A stretch of DNA of 56,023 nt, the filler included, from Catajapyx aquilonaris (Eukaryota), in assembly GCA_000934665.2 (NCBI GenBank). It is 2 parts of 2 records of this genome, joined end to end, with 100 filler letters (N's around TTAATTAATTAA, not from the genome) between each part and the next. Parts side by side here need not be neighbours in the genome. Positions count along the whole stretch, not along the records: positions 1 to 27,966 come from JYFJ02004974.1; positions 28,067 to 56,023 come from JYFJ02004975.1. One strand, written 5' to 3'. A model generated the notes under the pieces. That model searched no databases, was not told the origin of the DNA, and saw only the letters and a program-made list of their open reading frames with translations. Made by a program: the position numbers and the translations under genes. This document shows, one piece after another, positions 24,101 to 34,665 of this stretch. Each line of letters starts with the position of its first letter. The first letter of the stretch is position 1.

Positions 24101-24799
24101 GCAGAGAAGCATCCAATCAACTGCCTTTCAGAGCCCTGGTGGAGCTTCAGCTGGTGCTCCAGGTCTGAGAGGTCTGTGGTGCCATCAGAGCTCTCTGAAA
24201 TTCTGACTACCTATTGAAAATAATATTTCTTAGAACATGAGGCGGAAACCGACTGAAATAATTAATTCAGCTTTGTATCATGTCAACAAGTTTCCAAATG
24301 GTCTTGTGCCCAATGAATATTGCAAACTAATTTGCTCAGTAACAGCCATTAAAATCACACCGCTTAAGATACAAGCAACATTAATGGAGGCAACGTATCA
24401 ATATGAAAAGGGAGGGTAGATAGAGACATGATCATTGTAACATCTGGAGTACCTTAGCACCAACATCCCGCCATGGAAGTAGGCTTGAGTGGTGCTCCTG
24501 GGGTCCCACAAATACGACAGGTGGAGATTTCCACCTTCCATTCCTGACACCAATGGCATCTAGCAGTTTATGGACAGCACCAGTGGCTCCACTTCCAGTG
24601 AACATTACTGCATCATGCTCAGATGCATGGGTGGCATTTCGTATGATCTCCCTTGCCTCATGCCTGAACAATGTGGTCTGCACAGATGTCACAGTGGTAG
24701 TGGTGTGTGTGTTTCCATAGCAGGGAAGCACCTCATCACGAATGAAGTCTTCTATAAAGCTCAGGGAGCGCCCAGAAGCAGTGTAGTCACAGTACAATA
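12183..24799 (-). CDS. Fusion protein: class-V PLP cysteine desulfurase-like domain + low-complexity linker + TtcA-like (tRNA C32 2-thiolation) PP-loop domain; ~1220 codons, first exon(s) not identified
   Basis: Phase-consistent GT-AG exons: 24799-24453, 24210-23387, 22620-22251, 21868-21491 (donor uncertain), 21055-20994 (tentative), 19993-19909 (tentative), 19207-18859, 18310-17856, 17410-17170, 17052-16839, 16745-16619, 12389-12183. N-terminal motifs: CDYTASG, NTHT, GSGATGA, EHHS, SAASNVTG, SCHKFVGG (PLP Lys), EEGGTP, RGGCACAG. C-terminal motifs: LSGGKDS, CSFCSRMKRGRIY, GQHLDD, IRP, ENCPAC, ERHRVKQLL. Confidence 0.85.
13695..14004 (-). mobile_element. Non-autonomous Helitron-like element in the last intron of the fusion gene
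   Basis: The minus-strand 3' end is CTAG|T at 13695, preceded by a GC-rich hairpin (ttacccagcgttgcccgggtaa, 13703-13724). A (ACAAACTG)n-like microsatellite and a TC start lie near 13950-14004. Confidence 0.6.
14864..16176. mobile_element. Long-TIR foldback/MITE (piggyBac-like TTAA-CCC left end) with ~290-340 bp diverged inverted arms
   Basis: 14864-15154 is the reverse complement of ~15838-16176 (e.g. ccaaaaagaccgccttaaaaact vs agtttttaaggcggtctttttgg; aacaacaaccttgagaa vs ttctcaaggttgttgtt). The left flank is TTAA; the right end is decayed. Confidence 0.7.
15155..15750 (-). mobile_element. Tigger/pogo-like DNA transposon deletion derivative nested in the foldback element
   Basis: TA-flanked inverted ends cag(g)taaaatctcgtt ... 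aacgagatgttactg. The internal frame (15495-15169) reads WSSVTPSTIVKCW...FHNFVAADDDVHVCQELTDSVI, typical of pogo/Tigger transposase C-termini. Confidence 0.7.
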
Positions 24800-27700
24800 C
24801 TGAAATGAAAAAGGACAATAACTTGTAGTGTCAGAGACAACATTTGACACAGTGATTCTGTACAGTACACTTGCTCATAAAAACAACAAAACAATGGCAA
24901 TAATTAGTGGCACTGACTGCACATGTCATCGTCATCATCATAAAGCCTCACAAGTGCTTGGTAATCATTCTGTTGCATTACCTCATGCTTGTTGACCTCT
25001 GGGTTACAAATTTTTAGCATAGCAAGCGCCAATTAACCCTTTTAAAATCGAAACGACTTTTTTTTTTTTTTTTGCTGCTGCTGCTGCTGCTATCACCATT
25101 ATTATTTTATTCATTAAGGGTGGAATTTTCATCCCTAAAAATTCCACTCTAAGTTTCCAAATCTCTCATACATTGGCTATAGCATTGTAAGCTACGCAGC
25201 AATGAAATGACAATATTCCTTCACCAGTACTCCATCATGCAGGCAATTCATCAAACTTGTACCCGTCAGGACCTGCCATCTCAGGTTTACTTTGTGACCG
25301 GTTATAACAGCACTCAACAGAGCGATTAGACTGAAAAGTGTCAATAACGCATGAGCCCATGAAGCAGACTGAAGTTTATTTTTTTAACGTCCCAACATTT
25401 TCCTCAGGAATCGTATTACATTTGTGACAGAATTTTCAGAACCCATTCATTTCGTGATTGCACCACAGACAATACACCATTATATCTTGCATTATACCAT
25501 ACTTGACCTGAATATAATGAAACATCTACTAATGATCCATCACAATGAATAACACCAGGGGATTACTAATGACAACCTGCTGAAAGAAACCTCATCCTCA
25601 CAAAATTACCAGACATTTCATCCACCTCTCTGTCAGTGGCAAATTGACGTGAAACCCCTGCAAAGAGACCTCCCTAATGAGCGTATATGTTGCCTGGCTC
25701 ATTTCCACCGGATTCCCTTGCAATTGCGTCGTTCTGAAACCTGCATAGCATGCACTCTTTTTCCACCCTCATAATTAAACCTGGCCCCCATCACGCCCAA
25801 CAGTGACATCAACGAGCCAAGTTCCCACGAGACAACCAGATCCCTTGGAATCCAAAAGATTTCTCTCACACACATGAGGCCCTGTCCTTGACAGCAAAAA
25901 GATAGGCTGTCACGTACACCAGTATGACATCACTATTTTTACGACCGGTCATACCAGACAAAGCAATGTCAAATCTGCAACTAAAAGGTCTCCTCACCCA
26001 GTTTTTTTTACAACCTATATGTGTGTGAGGCCCCTACCAGATATTTTGCATTGCATCTACGCATTCGCTAAAAATACAATTCTGCCAGCAGAAACGCAAA
26101 CAAACCTTTCTGCAATTCCCAGTGCAAAATCGTAAAAAAAAAGAACTAGACACGAAAGGTAGGCCACGACACGTAATCTCAATCGAAACTGACAACCAGT
26201 TCTCTCCACTGTGACTCCGCATGCAAATGTCTCTTACGTGATTAACCGGTTAAGGTGCGTACTTACAAATGTTACAAAAATTGTTTCTAAATATTAGTGG
26301 CAATGTACTAAAATGTAGCATTTTACAGTAGTAACACAAATTAACGTATGACCATTGTTGCCATATGTAAATGTCAGCAATGGAGCACTTTATAGCTAGC
26401 AATTGGAGATCCTTAGTTACGTAAAGGGTTCACCGGCATTCTGTAAACACCCGGCGTCTTTACACATTGGGATCACATGTAAGCTAACAGTATGACTCAA
26501 GCCAAAAAACTAGTCAGCGTCCAAGAATGATATTTCTCTTTCACGCCCCTCAAACTACCCGGGAAATGGGCCAAAACAAGCCCATTAATTTTCGTCCTTT
26601 GCCCTTCAAACTTGTTTGCTGGCCTGAAAATACTGTCCACTCATTTTAATGTCCTCCCTAACAATTGGCAGGTTCAAAGTACACCTCTGCACACATTAAA
26701 CTGTTTACAGACCCCGGTTCCCCCCCTTTAAGATAAGTCCAGATTAGATTAACCCGCATCCTCTTGCAAATGTATTTGTTATGGACAGTTCCGCAAAAAA
26801 AAATATACTGATTTATTTCACATTATTAAACCAGCAATGATGCAAAAATTATAATTAATAATAATGATCACAACTCTGGGAATCTGCAGATTTTTCCCAT
26901 AATTTATTAGTGTGCTTATTAATATTTTTCAAGTGTCGTTATAAACGTTTTCTTCTCGACTCGTATGCGCAAGTGCCATTCGTAGATATGGAAGAAATGC
27001 GTAAATTATACATCATTCAAGGTCGGTGTCAAGGGCGTCGATTTCCACGTTTGGTTACAAGCATTTCACTCGCAACATGAACGCATACAATTTAACAGAT
27101 GATTCCCCCTGCACCTTTATGTGGTCAGGGATGCTGTAACATCTGGGATAGATCATCTGGATACGCCATTGGATCGATGGACGACCACACTCTGACCTTG
27201 ACTTGGTAGACAACATTCACCCCCGGTCGTTTATGAGTTTTCTGCTTACGCATTCAGCAAGTGGAGCAAGTGGAAGGGTAGCAGGTGCCATTTGCAGTTG
27301 GGAATAATGCTCAATAAAGCCGTCATTCTGTAGCCAAGCCACTGAGATAACATGCTAATATATCACTAGCTTAGTTTAGAAACTATTTTGGCAGAAGGCC
27401 AATGTGGACGAATTTTGCACATTTTTCATCGGTGCAGAATGGATAATAGAAATAGGCCTCCAGGGGTTTTCTTCCAAAGTAATATAAATGTGGTCACTGC
27501 TGCGACATCCACAGGCAGATGAAAATTCAATGCAGCTCACATTGGATGCGGAGTCACACCTCTAGTCATATGTGACTAGAATCAATGTAAGCAGTTTCTA
27601 TCTGCCATTGTATTCCATTCTTTACACATAGGCTGCACCATGGCAGGACTACAAAACACATTGTGGGATGTCACTCAACTTCACCTCAGGTGTTTCCACC

Positions 27701-27966
27701 TTATGCATTGTCAGTCCACTGTGTTTATTTCTTTCCCTACAATCCCACAGTTTCAGCATTATCTAAGAGAAAAAAAACACATGCGAAGCCAGATATTGGC
27801 ACGCTTGTTTTCCTGTGACACTAAAAATGTGAATGTACTGTTCGCAGACACCCACTTCCTGCAGGCAATCATCTAATACATATTTCCAGACCTATATCTG
27901 TCTGTCTGTCTCTCTGTCTGTCACCTAAACAGATCGATACGGAGGCCTCCACATATGCCCCATGGG

Positions 27967-28066
27967 NNNNNNNNNNNNNNNNNNNNNNNNNNNNNNNNNN
28001 NNNNNNNNNNTTAATTAATTAANNNNNNNNNNNNNNNNNNNNNNNNNNNNNNNNNNNNNNNNNNNN
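27967..28066. other. Artificial contig-joining linker (44 N + TTAATTAATTAA + 44 N)
   Basis: Exactly 100 bp and symmetric; the central 12-mer gives stops in all six frames. Confidence 0.95.
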
Positions 28067-28074
28067 GGTCACTC

Positions 28075-29613
28075 GTGGAGGAGGGAGAGGTCCATCGAGT
28101 GATGACCTCGCCCCCTGCCAGTGCCCTCAGGCTGAAGGTGGCCAGTCGGATGGAGGAAGGTGGGCAGTTGAAGGTGGAGACTGTCTGCTTCTTCTGCGCG
28201 GAAGGGGGTCAACCCAAGGTCATCGATCTTGGAGATGTGAACCATGCTGACAGATCAAAAGTTGATAGCTTCTTCAGAAACTACGACACAAACAAGATGA
28301 ACAAGAAACCAATTGTGCGTGGGATGTACTTGTTTGGAGCAGACATGGAGGACGTTCGAAGGAGAAAAAAAGAACTGGGAGAAGTTTACCTCAAGTGTTA
28401 CGAACGGGCTTACATCCTTGGCGAGGAAGGGAGTAACTATTTCACTTCTGAGATTTACGTGAAGGAACCGACTAGTACAGATTTGGACCACAGACTGAAC
28501 AACGGCACTTGGGTGGGACTGACTCCTGATCTGTTGTCAGGACGAGTGGATGCGATAGGTTTCTTGCCATACACGGAGGACTCATATCGATACACCCTCC
28601 TGACTCATCCCTTCATTTACGGACACGTAACCTTCGCCACAAGGAGACCCGGAGGAGTGATCAGCTGGAGGGTGATCTACAGGCCCTACGTCCTCCCCTT
28701 CTGGTTGTCCTTGGGGGTCACCCTGGCCCTCCTCCCCATCGCGATGGGCAGCCTCTCCCGCTGCGACCCATCTCGAGGGAGGTCAGAGGTCGAAGGGCAG
28801 CGACTGACCCTGCTGGGATCCCTCCACGTCCTGGCCAGACACCTGGTAGAACAGCCCGTTCCCTTCCCCACATCCCGCCGCTTTCTCTTCCTGGCCTCCT
28901 CCTTCCTCTTCTTCTCCACCGTGGTCATCACTGGCTACAAGGCCAAGATGGTCTCCTTCCTTACCTTCCCCCCGAGGGAGTTTGTCCCGAGGAACTTCAG
29001 GGAACTGGCGGAATCCGACTGGACCATTGAAGCTGACATGATCAATTTTCTTCTCTGGAAGAAATACCTCTCCTTCGTCGACGATCCTTTCTACCACTCC
29101 ATTGATGCGAAGATGATCATGGGTGACAGTATCCAGAGCTGCCTGGAGAAGATGCATAGAGAGCAACTCGCCTGTGCGGGTGTCAATCTACTATTGGATC
29201 TGGAGATTTACCTCTTTCGCGACACTTCTGGGCAGCCAACATTCTGTTACTCCTATGACCACATATTTCCGAGTTACAGTGGATCAAGTTTCCCCCGTGG
29301 ACAAACCATGACGTATCATATCGCAAAGACACTAGCGAGATTTGTAAATGAAAATGATATGATAACAGCTATGTTTCGTGACTACATGTACCTGATGTTC
29401 CTCTGTTCCTTGGATCGGATCCGGGCCAGGGAGAGGGACAACCCCCAAAAGGCAGAGGAAGTGTTGACCAGGACAAAGCTCACCGTCATCTTCAACATGT
29501 GGTTGGTTGGACTGGCCATTGCTCTGGGTGCATTTGCAATGGAAATCTTCATTCGCAAGAAGTGTGGTGCGAAAGGGAGAAGCCTGAGAGAGAGAAGACC
29601 AGCCATCCTCTGA
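28075..29613 (+). CDS. Divergent ionotropic receptor (IR; variant iGluR chemoreceptor), intronless, probably 5'-truncated by the gap
   Basis: A 512-codon frame open back to the N-run (first ATG 28102). It has an S1 motif NGTWVGLTPDLLSGRVDA...LTHPF, pre-M1/M1 RPYVLPFWLSLGVTL, M2 RRFLFLASSFLFFSTVVITGYKAKMVSFLTFP, an S2 start FRELAES and a terminal TM VIFNMWLVGLAIALGAFAMEI. Confidence 0.88.
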   Translation: MEEGEVHRVMTSPPASALRLKVASRMEEGGQLKVETVCFFCAEGGQPKVIDLGDVNHADRSKVDSFFRNYDTNKMNKKPIVRGMYLFGADMEDVRRRKKELGEVYLKCYERAYILGEEGSNYFTSEIYVKEPTSTDLDHRLNNGTWVGLTPDLLSGRVDAIGFLPYTEDSYRYTLLTHPFIYGHVTFATRRPGGVISWRVIYRPYVLPFWLSLGVTLALLPIAMGSLSRCDPSRGRSEVEGQRLTLLGSLHVLARHLVEQPVPFPTSRRFLFLASSFLFFSTVVITGYKAKMVSFLTFPPREFVPRNFRELAESDWTIEADMINFLLWKKYLSFVDDPFYHSIDAKMIMGDSIQSCLEKMHREQLACAGVNLLLDLEIYLFRDTSGQPTFCYSYDHIFPSYSGSSFPRGQTMTYHIAKTLARFVNENDMITAMFRDYMYLMFLCSLDRIRARERDNPQKAEEVLTRTKLTVIFNMWLVGLAIALGAFAMEIFIRKKCGAKGRSLRERRPAIL

Positions 29614-32600
29614 ACCTCACCTTTGCAAGAAGTAAAAAAAGACGCCGAACTGGCCAACATCCCTTTTTGCGGTGATGACTCATGTTTTCGTAACTCGGCA
29701 TGAAGCCACGCGTGACTATGTGTTGACACTCGGTGTTAGGCCAAAATAGCGTTGATGTGCTTCAAGCCCACGAGCAAACCCCATCACTCGCATAACATCA
29801 TCCGACTGACTGCAGACGGAAATCAATGTAAGTAGAGAGCACTTCAGCCATCCCTGCATTATAGACCAGGAATATTTCACGGGATGGAAGTGAAGGAAAG
29901 TGTATTACTCGTGTTTATGCATTCAGTGTTTAACGTCAGTGAGATATGATCCATCGACACTATCACTGTTCTTGTCGTAAATAATAGATCCCAATTTAAA
30001 AATTCCTATTGGCCATGTTACAAAGACATGGTAAGATGGGTGATGGTGTGACAGTTTTGTTTCGCCTGTATATATTGCATCATCCTTCCGCCATCTTACT
30101 GACCCTACCTGTTCCTTTTCCTTTCTCGAACTTTCGATCATTACTGACATCATTTCACCCTTTTGAGTTCACCTCTTTTTCCCGGCATGCATTGGGGTGC
30201 CTTCCAACATTTACAAACCCAACCTTCACCAGTCTCGAGGCCTTTCGCTCTCCCCTCTGGGGTGGCCACTGGCCACTGGCCATGCCTCATCATCCTTCCC
30301 TACTTCTTCCCAACCACACATACAGAATCTTTGTACTCATTTCTCTCTGTCTATTAAAGAAGTATTGGAAGAAGGATAAAAATAAGTGCTAAGGGGTTTT
30401 CCTAGTCGGCAAGTACGAATTTGAAGTCAAAATTGTCAAATTATTGACAGATGTTCACGTGCAGGGATTGGACAAAATAATAATAGGGGGCAAATAGGGG
30501 GTTGAATGTTTGCGTCTATTTTCTTGGGAAAATGTAAAGGTTACAAAGATACATTTTGCTCACTTTTTAAGCTCAGTGGATGTAAATTTGTGTAGGTATG
30601 TTGATAACGCAAAAATCACGAGACGGGGAGAAAACCAGAACGATACACCCCAGACTCCATTTTTGACCAGAGCGTCCCACCCCTTTTCATTTGAAGACGA
30701 AAACAGTTACAGATTTGAACTTGACTTGGTTTTAAAGGTCCATCGATGTCTCCTATTATGGCTTACAGATGGATAAATAATCATATGCGGGGGCGGAGAA
30801 AAAAAGTTAAACATCACCCCCCTCCCCGGCAGTGCTGAATGGGAAGAATATTTAATTAGAAAACCAAAACAGTTGCAGAAATTATCTGTCCTGGGTTTTG
30901 AATCTCGAATGCATTTTTGAGCTATATACTCTTATATAAAACTAAATGACATCGATAATTTGTCCAACCCACTGTACACTCGTCATATTCAGAAAATGCA
31001 AAAAGGGATCTTTCAAGAAGTCATGACAGCGTAGAAATGACACGTGTAGATGAGTGACGGTATTTGGACCAAAGAAGACCCCTTTAGGAACATACCGGGA
31101 CCAAACATTGTGTGCTTTGGTTGTTAATCTCGTGAGTGTGTGTGTTCTCATAATTTGTATTCCTGCATTTTCACTTGCATGTGTCCTCATATCTCTGCCT
31201 CTCTTACATCCAATCTCTCCACTCTCAATCGAGAAACATTTCTCGCCTGGTTCGTCCCTTTACAACAACGGCTGTCACTGTCATTGTTGCACTTCCGTGA
31301 GATGCAAAAGACAAGAGCATAACAGCATTCGTGTTACGCAAATTATTGCGACAAGATGTGACTAGAATGAAGTGGAATGTGACACACTGCTTTGCGTGAC
31401 TGCGCAACTGCAACAATTTTTGACAAGTTGACAATTTCCTCAACAACCATTCCCGTGTATGCCTGCTTTAATACATTGCTCGAGAACCAAATGATACTCC
31501 CTTGACACTTTATTTTTGCACATAATTATAGGCTAGTAACTGTAATTCGGGTTGCACAAAAATGGAGCCCAGTTGCATTGTTGCAAAGTGTCATGATCAA
31601 GAAGAGGCTGGACGTTTTAAAGTGCTATGCCAATTATTGTCTTGCAATCGTTCATTATTGCACTACGGGCTCAGATTCAATAATTGAATTTTCCACCTCT
31701 ACGTTGTCGATACTGCTGACGTCTGAGGTGCAATGCACCTTATAGCATACAACAATACACGAAACTGCACTTTTCAATCCTTCGATTCCTCTTCTCAATG
31801 TCTGGGTGAGCAACCAACCGGTTTCATTGTTGCACCCACAGAAAGTATACAGCGCATTTGTCACATTTGTTTTATGTTCTACGTGCAGATAGTAATCCTT
31901 CAGCAACCATTTGTTTCAAGTCATTCCGATGCATGTGCTGTGACACCCTCTGACCCAAATGCCCATAAATCGAGTCTCATGTTTGGCATGCAGAACATGG
32001 GCATTGTAGATGTACAGTAGTGAATATTGTCACCAATAAATCAGTGATGAAGATATTGTTTTCTTCATAAACCCCTGCATTTCTGGAGTTCACAGGGTGA
32101 TACTGGAGAAGGATGCCAATGCCAAAGTCACTCACTTTCAGATTGTACCAGATGGGAACACATGATGACCACAGATGAAGGACAATAAACGGATGCTTCT
32201 AAAACGCTGCGGGTGACCTTTATCAGTCCACTGAATCCTTTGCTGCTTCTCTGCTCTAAAATGAGCACGAAGCAGAACAATCAATGCAGTATTTCAAACA
32301 TCCTCGTTACATTTACCAGAAAGGGCTGATCGATGCTTAGTACAGTGACATAATGGTATACTTCACCCAGTATTTAAAAAAGTCACAACAAGGTCAGGAT
32401 GTGAGCGAGCACAGACTTCAGAAGAAAGTATGCTTGGATTTGGAACAGACACTGCTTTCTGAACAAGTAAGCAGGCAGGCGAGGATGGCTGCAATAAGGT
32501 CAAGTGGAGGTCTATGCAATGGAAATGACCCCAAATTATACACCGTATCTATTGGAGCAAGCTGGCCCGAATGGAGGTCACAAACAAGACACTCTGAATA

Positions 32601-34665
32601 ATGGGGATGGATCATCGAGTGCTCCTGAATGTTTCAAGCTGCATTCTGCCTTTTCCCGTCCTTAATCAGGTGTCACTGTCTCTGGCAGAACCATAAATCT
32701 GTGCATTCCAAAGCAGTGTTCTCAGGAAACATCATATTTAGCGGTAAAAGCAAGAGTGTCACGTCCTTTACTTTGTAAGAGTAGTGGACAAAAAAAAATC
32801 ACTAAAACCGGATGTCCACGTATGTGTACAACTGTACATGCTCTAACTACGGGACTAAATGTCACATGCCCCTGATTATTATTTTTCAGCAATACTATAG
32901 GCCAAATATGTTTGACTTTAGAGAGTTCATGGTTAACTCAATCAAATCTGCACACCAGTGCTTATGAGCGCCTGAGCATGGACGAGGTGCCACAAAGCTT
33001 GAGCCCGTAGTTGGAACTTGCTCTCCAATACAAATGCGAGTCATTCCATAATAAGTCACTTTGAGGTTCCGCAGGCATCCTCTCCATTATTAGCAGAGCA
33101 AAAGATAATCGCTGCAAAAGGATGTAATCAAGCGAAAAGGTTCACGGAATTCACCGATTACCCGTCCAACTTGAGAAGGCATAGATTCTACATAATATGA
33201 GTGGTTATGATCTTGAAGGTTAAAATTAAGTATCAGTCAAAAGGCATTGGAAAGTGCCTATGAACCAACTTCGGAAGGTTCCAAAGTGACGTAAATGTTG
33301 ATTATATTGTTGTGTAATATTGCAAGTGAATTATATAAGTCTAATTTATGGTATTGCAGCTTACTTCTACATACACTTTGTCAATAATTGAACACAACTC
33401 TGTGCAAGAGTGAACCCCTCCCTCCCGACAGTATTGTAAGGTAAGTAATATGGTATTAATGTTTAAAAAACATAAAAATAACAATATTGGTCCATATGAA
33501 TGTGGTCATGCCATGGCAGAACTACAAGAGTCCTGGTGTGGTTATTGCCTCTTAGTGCAAAAGAGGCGACAATTTTCACTTGGCCAAAGGTCTCAAGACC
33601 AGTAGAAGTGAGCTAACATCCCTACTAGGTGTTTACACACAAACATGATATTCGTAATTGATCAACGACGGAGCAATACTGGTGCAGTCAAAACTCAACA
33701 GCCTAATTTCAGCATATGGAGAAGACGCGCTCCATCGCCTTTGTGCTACTGGATAAACATGAGAAACAAGATTAACCTGCCATTCACAAAGAGGCTGACC
33801 GATAACGTTGATCAAATCGATAAAGCTTTAATGAATAAATACCCGGGCCGATGAGGGATCAATCAATGTATGCCAAGAGACAAGAGACCCGCATAAAATC
33901 TGAATAATTCAACAATTTAGGGTTATGAAATTATAATACCAAAACTGTTAATAAAATATTACAATAATTAGTATACCGCATTTTCTGGAGGCAAATCCAA
34001 ATCAAACACTTGCGTCAAAGTCAATCAAACTCTGCTGCGGACAATGAAAAATTCATAAACGCACAGCTTCACTCGACTGGGCTTTGGCTAACCCCACAGA
34101 GCAGGTTGTTACACCAAAGAACTCCGACAATAGTCCTCCAAATTGAACCAACCTGGCCAGCTTCCATTGCGTCAAAGGCGCCCCGACACGGAGATCATTT
34201 TTGAAAAGTGTGACAATAATATTTGGCTTTGCAGCGAGGCAACATATTTTTTTCAAAAAACTGACACGCGAAACGTATAAGCTGAATGAATAAGTATCAA
34301 GAGCCAAGAAAAGTTGCAGTGATCACGGCGAAGAATTAGTGACAATTGGAAAAGAAGAAGAAAAAATCAATATTAATTGAGCAAAGGTCGGAAAATGTAA
34401 ATAAGTAAATGTCACATCAGGATGAATTCCTATACTTCCTTTCATAATAATGCAATATTATACTTTCACAAGCGAAATATTCGATCGTCGTATAACGGGA
34501 TAGAGGGATACAAACGATGTTTGAATAACATTATTCGAATATTATACTACGTTGAAAATAGGAGACACTGCTTTACAGCTACATATCTCTTTAGTGACAC
34601 TGTTGATGCATTCTATGAGATGACTTGACGCACCATATGGACTGATCGCTGTGCAATAATTATAA

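Noticed and set aside
28011..28022. TTAATTAATTAA as a biological palindrome
   Set aside because: It is centred in a symmetric N-run and is an assembly linker.
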